Shown: positions 37,429 through 51,090, counted from the stretch's first letter. The stretch is 59,652 nucleotides of DNA from Octopus bimaculoides (GCF_001194135.2 NC_068994.1:41987028-42046679); one strand, 5' to 3'. The notes: generated from the sequence alone by a model not told the origin. Numbers and translations are program-made.

Positions 37429-39032
37429 CAGTACCCAAATAAAGTATGCATATATATATATATATATATNNNNNNNNNNTAGTTTGCTGAACCGCTAAGT
37501 TACGGGTATGCAAGATTCTTAAAACCCATGCCACCAGAGAGAAACAGATGTAAAAGTGGTGATGAGGAGGAGAATGACAACAGTGGCAACAATGATGACA
37601 AAGATGATGATGATGATAATGATGACAACCATGACGATGACAATGATGATGATGATGACAACAATGATGATGATAATGATTGAATGAATGGTAGGATTGA
37701 CTTTATATTAAAGAACATAAGCTTCATTTTGATAGCACANNNNNNNNNNGGATATAATAAGTACCAGACTTAAAAAAGAATAAACAGTGGGGCTTGTTTG
37801 TTCAAGGCAGTATCCCAGCATGGCCTCAGTTCATGGCTTGAAGCAAATAAAAGATAGCTTACCTCAACCTACATTATCCAATACATTATTCTTTGTTTTA
37901 AGAGAGTTGAGTATAGTTTGAGTAAGATTTGGCTGATATTTCTAGTAACCTAAGTGGCTCTATGTAGTGGTTCTATTGTTGACTCACAAAGTATTTTGTG
38001 AACCACTCCCTGATATTGTTATTATGTTGATTAATTAAAGTCATTATGCTCACTACATCAAGTGCATTGGTACTTCCTACAGTAAATAGTTTATTAGTTT
38101 GCAGTGCCAAACTCAATTTTACCAAAGTCTTGCAAGAATATCAGAAATATAATCACAAACCACACAGCTGTTTATGTCAGTGAATTGATATAGAAAGATG
38201 AATATTTTTCCCGGTTCCATAAGGACCTAATGAGTTAAATAAGGTGATCCTGTCTCAGAGAAACTGTGATAGCTATGGATACAGCCTTTTCCATCATATA
38301 AACCCAACAAATCAAAAGACCATAATTTTAGTAAAGCTATTTGCTGTAGAGTTCTGAATTCACAGACTTCCAAATATTTGATTAAAAGCTATCCAACGTT
38401 GTATTTTCCTGAATGTTACATTTTATTCTTTTGTAGACAGTATATATTCCCTGTTAACTTACAAAATGTTAACTTAATCATCAGTGTAAACCATGCATTA
38501 CCACACAAATCTTAACAGAGATGGATTTAAATCTAACCTTGTTAGGATTTAAAGATTATTTGCTGAGTTGTGTGAGAAACTGAGAAAAAATTAGAAAGAG
38601 CTGTGTGTAAAAACCTCAATGAACAGATTTCATCAAACTGAAAAATAATTTCTCATATAAGATAACAAACTATCTTTTCACTTCATTCATTTGAAGTTGA
38701 TCATGAAATACAGAAGCAGATCAATGTATTTTTTATATGTCTGATTTTGCAGCGCTTTTCTTTCTTTGAGGTTGTTAAAGGCAAAGAAAAATTCTCCTCT
38801 GAATTTTGTATTAATGTACATTTGTTTATACATACATGCATACACTCATGGGTAAAGCTCTAATTATACATAAATGTATGAAGATAATAACAGTTTGTGT
38901 GTGTGTGTTTGTCTGTGTGCACGCGCACGTGCACGTGTGTGCATGTAATATATATGTATGTATATATGTTTGCATGTATGTATCAATATCGTTGTCTCTC
39001 TCTTTCTTTATCTCAGTCTGTCTGTCTCTCTT

Positions 39033-39086
<54 letters not shown>

Positions 39087-39499
39087 AACTTACTAGGAAA
39101 TATATATATATNNNNNNNNNNNNNNNNNNNNNNNNNNNNNNNNNNNNNNNNNNNNNNNNNNNNNNNNNNNNNNNNNNNNNNNNNNNNNNNNNNNNNNNNN
39201 NNNNNNNNNNNNNNNNNNNNNNNNNNNNNNNNNNNNNNNNNNNNNNNNNNNNNNNNNNNNNNNNNNNNNNNNNNNNNNNNNNNNNNNNNNNNNNNNNNNN
39301 NNNNNNNNNNNNNNNNNNNNNNNNNNNNNNNNNNNNNNNNNNNNNNNNNNNNNNNNNNNNNNNNNNNNNNNNNNNNNNNNNNNNNNNNNNNNNNNNNNNN
39401 NNNNNNNNNNNNNNNNNNNNNNNNNNNNNNNNNNNNNNNNNNNNNNNNNNNNNNNNNNNNNNNNNNNNNNNNNNNNNNNNNNNNNNNNNNNNNNNNNNA

Positions 39500-39548
<49 letters not shown>

Positions 39549-40564
39549 GTGCGTGTGTGTACGTATTTGTGTCTTTATCTGTGTGTGAGTAAATGTGTAT
39601 GCTTGTATTAACATACACTTATGTATGAATATATTAGAGTGTTTATGTGGATATATTCATAAAAGAGCCTTATAACCCCTGAGATATTAAAATAGACAAT
39701 GTTTTGAAATATCCTTGATCTTAGCCATCTTGTTATCGATGTAGTAAAAATGATTTTTTTTTTTTTTGAAAATAAGTGAGATTTTATTGCCCGTAAAAGC
39801 AGCACTGCACTGCTCTTGTCTTCTCTCACATACCATCTTATAAATTCATAATAAAAACATGAGAAGATAAGTATCCTATAAAAGCAATGATTTCCCTGGA
39901 TAACACTCTGCCTAATTGCATGGCAAAATAACTTAATGAAATTATCACCATATATGTTGTCGATGATATACTATACCAGTAGGTTTTTTTTTACTTTATG
40001 GGTCTCTAACAAGACAAACGCACTAACATTATTTAGAGGAGTTAATCCATTTACTTACAAACCACTGGGCATGGCTATTAATATATTCATTAAAAATTCA
40101 TATGAAAAACCCACAAGAACAAAATTTGCTCTAATCCCTGTTGCAATCTCAAAAAGAAATAAAAGAAACCCCCCTTTCACTTCATCAATATATCTGTGTT
40201 TCCTTTTAATCCTCCTCCCTACCATGGCCATCACCATCGTCACCACAATTACCAACACTACAATCATCAAACACCCAAGATAACTCAATATAGAAATTAT
40301 TGATGTAAACCTCTTTCAAGCAAAGTTTGAGTTTAACTAGAAAAAAAAAAAATTATATATTCAGAAACACAATAAATATATATATTGAATAAATGAGACC
40401 AGGAATCCTATTTAAAGTTAAAACTACTTCTTTAAAATGCATAAAGATGTACGAACCATTTTATTACATTTCCTAACGAATTTGCGCAACCACTCACCGT
40501 CATTAGTATACCAAATTTAGTAAATATTCCATCATTGCAATTAAGCATTTGAACAGCATTCAGG

Positions 40565-40719
40565 AACAGGTATGGCTGTGTGGTAAGAAGCTTGCTTCCT
40601 AACCTCATGGTTTCAGGTTCAGTCCCTCTGCATGGCACTTTGGGCAAGTGTCTTTTACTATAGTTTTGGGTCAACCAAAGCCTCGTGAGTGGATATGATA
40701 GACAGAAATTGAAAGAAGT

Positions 40720-40765
<46 letters not shown>

Positions 40766-40960
40766 TCTGTGTGTGTGTGTTTCTTTGTTCCCCACCACCA
40801 CATGACAACTGGCGCTGTTGTGTTTACATCCCCATAACTTAGTGGTTAAGCAATAGAGAGAGAGAGAAGTATTAGACTTAAAAATAAAACTTCCTCAAGG
40901 TGGTGCTCCAGCATGACCACAGTCTCATGACTGAAACAAGTAACAGATAAAGGATAAAAG
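40565..40960 (+). mobile_element. SINE family B full-length
   Basis: Same head, core and tail as 58996-59385. Confidence 0.85.
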
Positions 40961-41034
40961 ACCTCAGAAGAAAATAAAATGTTTATAAATTTATGTCCCT
41001 TCTGTCACACACACACACACACAAATATACTTAA

Positions 41035-41253
41035 CCCTTCAGCATTCAGATTACTCTTTCAAATGTAATCCTTAGTTTGTCGTTTAGTTTCAAATTTATC
41101 ATGCATTATCTCATAGCTTCAAAATTTCAATGATGTAATTGTTTATTTTTTAGAATGTCATTGTAGGGTGAGAGTGAAAGGCAGGATCTGGCTGATTTGA
41201 ATTTAAAACATAAAATATTTGGAATGGATATGGATAGTTCAAATTCTAAACAG
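41035..41253. mobile_element. piggyBac-like MITE, same family as 8944-9142
   Basis: TTAA-CCCTTCAGCATTCAGATT start, degraded right end followed by TTAA, similar internal sequence. Confidence 0.7.
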
Positions 41254-41584
41254 TTAATAAAAGACCATAGTTTTTAAGTATACAACAGGAAAATTAAAAT
41301 TGTAATCTGGTATTTATGATATGCCCTACAGTGGCATGGCTAAAATGTGTGCTGTCCAAGGCTGCCGCTGGCCCAAAGTTCTGCCCCTCACATAAAAGCA
41401 TTAACTGGAGCAGGTCAAAACTAGCCATGGTCAAGTTTTCATCCTTCCAGACACTGAAATAAATGTTTTGTTCTTAAATACTGATGATTGGTTGATATAT
41501 TGATCACTTCCTTACCAAAATTATGTGGTTTTGTGCTACAGGGAAGTTTTACACACTCTCCTTTTTTTTTCCCCCCACCTGGCG

Positions 41585-41902
41585 TATTAATGTACCTCTC
41601 TACAGCAAAACATCTATCTCTGTACCTCTATATCTCTAATCTCTCATCAACTGGCACAAAACCACCCAGCCCCTCACTGCTACTACCACCTCCCCATTGA
41701 GGAGGTTTTTGACCTTGTCAGTGCTATGGCACGTAAAGAACACTGGTGCTGGTGCCACATAAAAAGCACCCGGTAAACTCTGTAAAGTGGTTGGCATTAG
41801 GAAAGGCATCCAACCATAAAAACCATGCCAGAACAGACAAACAAGCCTAGTGCAGTCCTTGGCTTTACCAGCTCTTATCAAATCATTAAACGATGATGAT
41901 GA
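41585..41902 (+). mobile_element. GAT-tailed RTE-related 3' fragment
   Basis: GTGGTTGGCATTAGGAAAGGCATCC...TTAAACGATGATGATGAT. Confidence 0.75.
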
Positions 41903-42013
41903 TGGAGAAAAGTTGTGTGGAATTCTGCCATAATACAAAGTCACGGGGATGTAAACACTCCAACACCAGTGGTCAAGTGGTGGTACAGGGACAAACACAT
42001 ACATACACACACA

Positions 42014-42066
<53 letters not shown>

Positions 42067-42068
<2 letters not shown>

Positions 42069-42225
42069 GAATGGCTTCTTTCAGTTTCCATTTACCAAGT
42101 CCACTTAAGGCTTTGGTTGGCCTGGGGCTATAGCAGAAGACACTTGCCCAAGGTGCCATGCCATGGGAATGAACCTGGAACTATGTGGCTAGAAAGCAAG
42201 CTACTTACCACACACCCATGCCTGA
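42067..42225 (-). mobile_element. SINE family B head half
   Basis: GAAGACACTTGCCCAAGGTGCC...CTTACCACAC. Confidence 0.85.
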
Positions 42226-42649
42226 CTGTTTATTTTTATAAAGACATTATAGGGTATGTGTAAGAGGCCAGATCTGACCAGTTTGAATGTAAATGAGGTA
42301 GAATTTGTGGGGGGGGGGGGCAAGTATTATATNNNNNNNNNNGGTAGAATTTGTGGGGGGGGGGGGCAAGTATTATATTATATTGTATTGTTAAATACTA
42401 AAGAGTTAAAGAAGTGTAACCTGTTCTTCAAAATATTGCTGTAACATAAAATTCCAATACATGAGACATATTTTCTTATTGTCCTCCATGTAGCAGAACA
42501 TTGGAAATCAATGACAGAAGAAAAAGTGAATATTGTGTTATGGAATTTCACATAAAATAAAACAATAGAATGCAATGAAATTAGTGATGGTCTGAATTGA
42601 CAAATAAATAATTCAAGCATTGGAATAAATGCTATGATATCATAACGGA

Positions 42650-43000
42650 ACAGGATTAGCTGTGTGGTAAAAAGTTTGCCTCCCAACTAAATGGTTCTGG
42701 TTTCAGTCCCACTATTGTGCCACCTTGGGCAAGTGTCTTCTACTATAACTTCAGGCTGATCAAAGCCATGTGAGTGAATTTAATAGACAGAAACAGAAAG
42801 AAACATGTCATATATATGTGTGTGGGAATCAGTGTTGGTGTGTTTACATACCCAAGATTAAACAGCTTGGCAGAAAGGTATCATACTTAAAAAAAAAAAA
42901 ACTGTACCGGGGTCGATTCATTTGACTAAGAAATTCTTCATGGTAATATGCTCCAGCATGGCCTCTGTTTAATGACTGAAGCAAGTAAGATATAAAAGAT
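42650..43000 (+). mobile_element. SINE family B full-length, older
   Basis: Same head, core and tail motifs. Confidence 0.8.
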
Positions 43001-43101
43001 ACCATGCAAAGGCAGAGAAATCTATTGTTTTCACCATTATATAGTTGAATGGGTGCTAGAATACTTTATTGAGTGAAAGTAATAATAATAACAACAACAA
43101 C

Positions 43102-43139
<38 letters not shown>

Positions 43140-43415
43140 TAATAATAATAATAATTGATAATAATAAATTAAAAATCAGGTAATTAAAATTGCTGTTGCA
43201 ATCATAAGAAGAAAACCTAAGCCTCAGAGAGAGTAATGTTAATCAAATATGGTCAATGCAAAGGGATGACAACTCTGGAATTCTAATTAATGGAAAATTA
43301 AAATTATGCATGCAGTAGAGGGATGGGGGCATGATAATGTTACCTTGAGGACAAATATTAATTAAATCTGAATTTTCTTCAGTAATTATTATAACATATA
43401 TATGTATGTGTGTAT

Positions 43416-43448
<33 letters not shown>

Positions 43449-44119
43449 CACACACATATATGTATATACATGTGTATGTGTGTGTGATCGTGTGTGTATG
43501 TGTTTTGGAAAAACTAGGTCAATTTTAGAACAGTTAGTTAATTTCAAATTTTAAATTTACAGCACAAAAACACAAGGTGATAATTGGAAGTTCAGTTAAT
43601 GCTTAAATGATAATTTTGACACACACATACACATGTACATGCACTCACACACAAGCACGTATACACATACACACACACACACACATACTCATATTTTAGA
43701 GCAGTGAGTTAATTTCAAATTTTAGACTTGCAACACTAAAAACACAATGTGATAATCAAAATTTTAATTAATGGTTTAAGTAACAATTGAAGCACACACT
43801 TACAAACGCATACACACTTACAAAAACACAGACATAAACATGCACCTCTACCACTGATATTATTCATACACAATCACTGACACCAGCATCACCAAAATCC
43901 GTTGACTTTATTCTGGTTGATAAATTGCTTATCGCACAAATCTGATCTTTGCTCTAACATCTGTGATTCTCTCTCAACACATGTATCATCTTCCCTGAGT
44001 ACTGTCTCATCAATAACCACACCTAAATACACACACATACACAACATAGTCTTCAATGCATTTTCAACATAGTATTATCAGTGAACATGTAAGTCATTAA
44101 ATATTTAATTTATTCTTTT

Positions 44120-44300
44120 ATTCTTTTCAATTATTTGGCTGTGGCCATGCTGGAGCACTGCCTTATTCAAACGAATCGACCCCCAAGAATTCTTTGTAAG
44201 CCCAGTACTTATTCTATCAGCCTCTTTTGCCAAACTGCAAAGTTACAGGGATGTAAGCACATCAACATCGGTTGTCAAGTGATAGTGGGGGGACAAACAC
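44120..44300 (-). mobile_element. SINE family B tail half
   Basis: GCTGTGGCCATGCTGGAGCACTGCC...CATCGGTTGTCAAG. Confidence 0.8.
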
Positions 44301-44321
44301 AGACATACAAGTATATATGTA

Positions 44322-44462
44322 TCATCATCATCGTTTAATGTCTGCTTTCCATGCTAGCATGGGTTGGACGATTTGACTGAGGACTGGTGAACCAGTTGGC
44401 TACACCAGGCTCCAATCTGATTTGGCAGAGTTTCTACAGCTGGATGCCATTCCTAATGCCAG
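44322..44462 (-). mobile_element. GAT-tailed RTE 3' terminal fragment
   Basis: CATCATCATCGTTTAATGTCTGCTTTCCATGCTAGCATGGGTTGG, near-identical to 24828-24960. Confidence 0.85.
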
Positions 44463-44510
44463 GGCATGTTCTTTTTCTTTTTGGATGTGTGTGTGTACAG
44501 CCCCCCCCTC

Positions 44511-44544
<34 letters not shown>

Positions 44545-44579
44545 TATTTATATATATATATATATATATTAATTCTAAT

Positions 44580-44740
44580 CAAGCTTGGTGCATGGGACGT
44601 TGATGTTCATCTCCATAATCTTGAATGAAAACAATGAATTTCATGATTTCATCCCAAATGAAGTTGAATGCCAACGTCCCATGCAACAAACTTAACATAT
44701 TTCTTAAAAATTATCATAACTGGAAACCAATGGTAGCCTT
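44580..44740. mobile_element. Related MITE fragment with internal hairpin
   Basis: Ends in GAAACCAATGGTAGCCTT as in 37318-37428; internal IR TGCATGGGACGTTG / CAACGTCCCATGCA. Confidence 0.55.
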
Positions 44741-45034
44741 GCTAAACCAGAGTTTACATAATATTTATTCACCAGCACAGTGTTGAGCACTCATTTTCAC
44801 TGTTTGATATATCAGTATGTGTGCATGCATGCATGCACGTGCACATGTGTGTGTGTGTGTGCATGCAAAGAGAGAGGGAGGGGGAGGCAAATCCAAAATG
44901 AAAAATGGAAAAGAAAACAACAAAAGTGAGCTAGAATTTAGCTTAGAATGAATAATCAAACAAAAAATGCAACGAAACATTTAGTCCATCATGCTAACAA
45001 TTTTGCCAGTTCACTGTCTTTGTCTGCAGAATAC

Positions 45035-45450
45035 ATAGTTTCAAATATTAACACAAGACCAGCATTTTTGGGAGAGTGGGGCTAATTGATTACATCACCT
45101 TCAGTGCTCAACTGGTACTTATTTTATCAACACTCGAAAGAACGGCAGGCAGAGTCCATGGAATTTGAACTCCGAACGTAAAACAGATGAAATACCACCA
45201 AGCATTTTGCCCTACACACTAACAATTCTTATTTCTTTATTACCCACAAGGGGCTAAACATAGAGGGGACAAAAAAGGACAGACAAAGGGATTAAGTTGA
45301 TTACATCGACCCCAGTGCGTAACTGGTACTTAATTTATCGACCCCGAAAGGATGAAAGGCAAAGTTGACCTCAGCGGCATTTGAACTCAGAACGTAACGG
45401 CAGACAAAATACTGCTAAGCATTTCGCCCGGCGTCCTAACAATTCTGCCA
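45035..45450 (-). mobile_element. Two tandem family A SINEs (older 45035-45225, young 45228-45450)
   Basis: Shared GTCGA..ACATCGACCCCAGTGCGTAACTGGTACT and TTTGAACTCAGAACGTAA motifs. Confidence 0.9.
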
Positions 45451-46894
45451 GCTTGTTGCCTTTAGTCTGCAAAATAATTAAAAGTCATAAAGGTTTTCAA
45501 TTTTTTTGTGACATTCTATACAAGACCCTCCAAGCATTATATAGCTTAGAGCCTCACCAAGACTACAAACCAATTTTCAGTAATATCAAATATTTGTATG
45601 GGTTCCANNNNNNNNNNNNNNNNNNNNNNNNNNNNNNNNNNNNNNNNNNNNNNNNNNNNNNNNNNNNNNNNNNNNNNNNNNNNNNNNNNNNNNNNNNNNN
45701 NNNNNNNNNNNNNNNNNNNNNNNNNNNNNNNNNNNNNNNNNNNNNNNNNNNNNNNNNNNNNNNNNNNNNNNNNNNNNNNNNNNNNNNNNNNNNNNNNNNN
45801 NNNNNNNNNNNNNNNNNNNNNNNNNNNNNNNNNNNNNNNNNNNNNNNNNNNNNNNNNNNNNNNNNNNNNNNNNNNNNNNNNNNNNNNNNNNNNNNNNNNN
45901 NNNNNNNNNNNNNNNNNNNNNNNNNNNNNNNNNNNNNNNNNNNNNNNNNNNNNNNNNNNNNNNNNNNNNNNNNNNNNNNNNNNNNNNNNNNNNNNNNNNN
46001 NNNNNNNNNNNNNNNNNNNNNNNNNNNNNNNNNNNNNNNNNNNNNNNNNNNNNNNNNNNNNNNNNNNNNNNNNNNNNNNNNNNNNNNNNNNNNNNNNNNN
46101 NNNNNNNNNNNNNNNNNNNNNNNNNNNNNNNNNNNNNNNNNNNNNNNNNNNNNNNNNNNNNNNNNNNNNNNNNNNNNNNNNNNNNNNNNNNNNNNNNNNN
46201 NNNNNNNNNNNNNNNNNNNNNNNNNNNNNNNNNNNNNNNNNNNNNNNNNNNNNNNNNNNNNNNNNNNNNNNNNNNNNNNNNNNNNNNNNNNNNNNNNNNN
46301 NNNNNNNNNNNNNNNNNNNNNNNNNNNNNNNNNNNNNNNNNNNNNNNNNNNNNNATATATATATATATATATATAATGCACAAACTTTTTATAATGTGTG
46401 TGCATATGTATGTATGTATATTTAGACATATGTATGTATATACTTTGCCAACTGATATTCGCTCCTCTTGATGACCGGCTAGCTCCATGGTCACCTTATT
46501 TATTCAATAAATGACATAAGTGAAAAAAAAAACAAAAACTAAAAGCATCGAGAGTGCTACGATGTTAGCTCGGGAGACACTCACGTAATGCCGACAAATT
46601 TTTGCTGAATTCATTTTATATTACAACCTAAATCTCCTCGAGTTAATAACTAAGTGCTTTTGCCACTTATATAAATCAGTTGTTGACCAGATCACCCAAA
46701 GGAAGATGACATCATGATATTAAGCTCTCTTCACCACTGGACAAAGCAGACATCATGCTAAAATACCATCTTATTGATAACCTATTACTTGCTTTTTGCA
46801 TTATTTTTTTTACTTTCACAGCACATGCTTACAATCTTTTTAATGTGAATAACTTCCCTACGTATGGATATCTCCTTTTTTGTCTGTTGTCTTC

Positions 46895-47572
46895 TTTCAG
46901 GCATTAGACTGGCCATGCTGGGGCACTGCCTTGAGGAACTTTTAGTCAATTGAATCAACTCTGGTATTTAGTTTCATTAAGCCTGGCACTTATTCTATCG
47001 ATCTTTTTTGCCGAATTGTTAAGTTTCGGGAACATAAACACACCAATGCTGGTTATGAATTGGTGATGGGAGGGCAGACACAGACACATAGATATATACA
47101 TACATATATATATATACATATATATATGCATATATACATATATACCGAAGTAAGCACATAAATGTGCAACAAGGTGGAAAAAAGAGTATTCAAATACCAG
47201 AGGTAGAGTAATATGCTTTATTTAAAAGCAGCAGAAATATAACAAAAACTGTTAGTTGGAGTTTCATGTTCCTGTTCATTGGGCAGTTTTATTAGAAAAA
47301 TTTTTCTAACAAAACTGTACGATGAATGGGAATGTGAAACTCCAAGTAACAGTCTTTTGTTATATTTCTGCTGCTTTTAAATAAANNNNNNNNNNNNNNN
47401 NNNNNNNNNNNNNNNNNNNNNNNNNNNNNNNNNNNNNNNNNNNNNNNNNNNNNNNNNNNATATATGAAAGGCTTCTTTCATTTTTCATCTATCAAATTGA
47501 CTCACAACGTGCCACACACTGAGACTGAACCCAGAACCATGAGGTAGGGAAGCAAGCTTTTTACCACACAGT
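46895..47572 (-). mobile_element. SINE family B split by the Penelope-like insertion and a gap
   Basis: Tail part 46895-47090, head part 47465-47572. Confidence 0.75.
47145..47385. mobile_element. Penelope-like inverted (tail-to-tail) repeat in a (TA)n tract, with degenerate hammerhead motifs
   Basis: About 85-bp arms (47217-47300 / 47301-47385, right arm cut by a gap); each arm carries a decayed ACTG-YCGATGA-stemII-GAAAC-...-TA-ACAGT motif. Confidence 0.65.
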
Positions 47573-48172
47573 CAGCCACAACTTGTTTTCACACAAACAC
47601 CACATTACTATATTTCACATAAATATAACAAAACAATGAGGTCTTGACTGCACTTTCTTGCACTTGATCTTCTATTGTTTGTTTTTGCTTCTACTGTACA
47701 AATTTACAATCTTTTTATGATAAATAACTTCTCAATGTATCGAAATGATATGCAATTCTTTTTCACATAGGAACAAAATAATTACCTATTCACAGCACTT
47801 TCTAGCACTTTTATCTTGTGTCATGTTCAAGGTAGACAGACAATTTTCCTTAATGTGTAATATCAAAACTATTATATTACTTTTCATCTTTTGTATTACA
47901 TTCAGCATACCTATTTCTCTCAGATTAAAAAATAAAAATATATGGAAGAAGATTATAATAGCCATTTTTTTCATTCTCTTGACACCCGCATGCACTGTAT
48001 TTTCTGTAGCCATTATGCTTCAACAAATTGTTTCTTGTATTTGAATGAACTAAGGTCAGGTCACTAATTTTATTTAGTAAATCAAATTGCCAGATTGTTG
48101 GAAGATTTATTTCTTCCCATGTCATATCATTTAATAGTTGAATTGTTTGCATAGCCACTTACATATACATAC

Positions 48173-48215
<43 letters not shown>

Positions 48216-48254
48216 TGCATGTATGTATGTATACATATATGTATGTATCTATTA

Positions 48255-48297
<43 letters not shown>

Positions 48298-48373
48298 AGA
48301 TCAACCCATATGTTTTGAAACAGCTGTAACCAAGGAATAAATGTTACACCAGTACCTCCATACTTTGCTTAGT

Positions 48374-48665
48374 GAAGCACATGGCTTAGTGCTTAGCATA
48401 TTTGGTTCACACTCATAAAGTTGTGAGTTCATTACCCACCACCTACTTTATTTCACATTGGTCCAGTCCACTCGGCTGGCAAAAAAGGGTTGGTACATGA
48501 ATTTCACAAGGCTAGACTTGCTGCATTCTGTGTCATGCTGAATCTCTCTGAGAACTACGTTAAGGGTATGTATATCTGTGGAGTGCTCAGCTACTTGCCC
48601 ATTAATTTCATGAGCAATCTGCTTTGTTGATTTGATCAACTGAAACACTCATCATTACAACCAAC
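48374..48665 (+). mobile_element. SINE family F copy
   Basis: TGGCTTAGTG A-box-like head; body is the reverse complement of 16540-16735. Confidence 0.7.
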
Positions 48666-48691
48666 AAGGTTCAAGTATTTATATATATATG

Positions 48692-48737
<46 letters not shown>

Positions 48738-48738
48738 C

Positions 48739-48779
<41 letters not shown>

Positions 48780-49299
48780 GTATGTATATAGCCACATGCA
48801 TATTATTGTCACTCTCATATTGAGAAAAATGCAGCTGACTAGCAATTTATCAGTTGGAATTCCATTTCCATAACTAATGATGGTATTGTTCACCAAACAT
48901 TATATATAAAATTTATAAAAACAGAAATAAACATATAATGAATAAATATAATAATGATAATAATAATAACAAAACTAATAAATAAGACAAAATTGTTAAT
49001 AAAACTCTAATACTTTCTAATCTCTTGAAAGAAAAGAAAAATCTCCTTTATTGAAAACCAGTGGTTCTCATCATAAGAAACCTTCTTGCTACAGATGCTG
49101 GGACTACACAATGACTTGTGAAAATTTACATCTTTATCATAACAAAATCTACATGAAAGTAAACAATGAAATGTTCTTCTATATTTATTTTCCAATTTGA
49201 TATTTTCGGTATTACAACTATAGATTATCATGTTATCATTTACAAAAGATATCTGATCAATTTGACACCTGCGTATGATATAATTGTATGCAAACGTAC

Positions 49300-49920
49300 A
49301 TGTGTGAGATTGTTCGGGTGTGTATGCATGTGTGTGTGTATGTGTGTGTACATGTATGTGTATGCATGTGCATGAGTGTTTGAGAGTGCATGTGTGCATG
49401 TATGTCTATGTACATGTGTGTGAGTGTGTGTATATGTGTGTATATGAGTGTGTATGTGCATGTACAAGTGTATGTGTGCTTGACTGTGTATGTATATATG
49501 TGAATGTGTGTGCATGTATGTATATGTATATATGTTCATTTCTGTATGTAAGAATGAGTGAGTGTGCAATGTGTATGTGTGTGTATGTTTGTGTATGACT
49601 GCATGTGTGTATGTAAGTATTTGTTCATTTACATTTCTTAGAATAAACATGTGTGTTTCTGTGTGTGAGTGCATGTGTGTGTATGAGAATTTGAGTGTAC
49701 ATAGTGCATATGTAACTATGTATGCAAGTGTGCATGTGTGTATGCATATATATGCACATGTGTGCTCATATATTTGATTCAGTATATATATGCATTTTTT
49801 TTGTATGAGCACCTGTGTGTGTGTGTGTGTGTGTGTACATATATATATTGTATACATATATATATTATATATATATTATATATATATGCATATGTGTGTG
49901 TGGATATGATTATGTATGTG
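49300..49920. repeat. Long degenerate TG/TA/CA alternating purine-pyrimidine tract
   Basis: Direct inspection. Confidence 0.9.
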
Positions 49921-50879
49921 TTTGTGCCTATGCACACTGCTTAAATGTGAATAGTGCAACGCCATAGCAAGCATGCTGACCTAAGCTTATACTAGCATCA
50001 TTAATGCAGTATAATAACATGAATTTTATCTCAATTTAAATATAACTTCCATCTCAAAATAACACTGAAATCAAAATGAAAAAAAAGTTATGATAGTACA
50101 ACAAGAAGAAGCATGGCTATATGGTTAGGAAGATAGCTTCACAAAGATGTGGCTTCAGGTTCAATTCTACTGTGCAGCACTTCGGGCAAGTTTCTTTTGT
50201 CACAGTTTCAATTCCCCTAAAGACATACCAGTCAAAGTAGGGAGACGGAAACTGTGTGGAAGTTTGCTGAAGGGACCTGCATCTGTTCTTGGGTGGAAGA
50301 CTTAATTCATTTCCTGGTTTAATATCCTTCACCACCTATCCCTTCTTTTGCCTTAAGTTGACTGATGGTGGCCTGGCTGGTTGGCAGATGGATGCATGTA
50401 TGTATGCATGTGTGTGTGCGTGTGTGTTTGTATGTATGTATGTATGTATATGTAAGCATATATCTCTCTCTATCTGTCCATATCTCTCTCTCTCTCTCTT
50501 TCTCTGTATGTACATANNNNNNNNNNNNNNNNNNNNNNNNNNNNNNNNNNNNNNNNNNNNNNNNNNNNNNNNNNNNNNNNNNNNNNNNNNNNNNNNNNNN
50601 NNNNNNNNNNNNNNNNNNNNNNNNNNNNNNNNNNNNNNNNNNNNNNNNNNNNNNNNNNNNNNNNNNNNNNNNNNNNNNNNNNNNNNNNNNNNNNNNNNNN
50701 NNNNNNNNNNNNNNNNNNNNNNNNNNNNNNNNNNNNNNNNNNNNNNNNNNNNNNNNNNNNNNNNNNNNNNNNNNNNNNNNNNNNNNNNNNNNNNNNNNNN
50801 NNNNNNNNNNNNNNNNNNNNNNNNNNNNNNNNNNNNNNATCATCATCATCATTGTCATCATCGTCATCATCATTTAACA

Positions 50880-51090
50880 TATGCAGCATGGAATTTTGCC
50901 AGCGAACAGGTCCCGGTTTCAAAGCAAAGGAAAGGTTTTGACAAATTAAATTTAAATGTTGAAGTGAATCTAACGGTTTTTAGGTGTTTTTAAATGGCTT
51001 ATAAATACCTTCCATGCTACAATTGTTTTTGTTTCAGCGCACGATCTCAGATCAAGTCACTTGCTATGCAAGTACATATCCATAATATAT
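50880..51090. repeat. Probable interspersed repeat, unclassified
   Basis: Distinct, less CpG-depleted block ending at a (TA)n tract; only one copy visible in this window. Confidence 0.4.

Noticed and set aside
36915-37739. Apparent 260-bp direct duplication (36915-37150 vs 37480-37739)
   Set aside because: The second copy is bounded by 10-N gaps and supplies the bases missing at the 10-N gap of the first: a redundant contig, not a real duplication
41320-41455. GC-richer minus-strand open frame VWKDENLTM...
   Set aside because: Largely coincides with a small CATGGCTA...TAGCCATG-bounded MITE-like element; weak donors
43880-44018. Acidic minus-strand frame VVIDETVLREDDTCVERES...GFW*
   Set aside because: Weak acceptor inside a TG tract, no donor, length attainable by chance
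46821-46860. 40-nt plus-strand exon candidate HAYNLFNVNNFP
   Set aside because: A diverged copy of the same sequence occurs near 47680-47745, indicating a repeat
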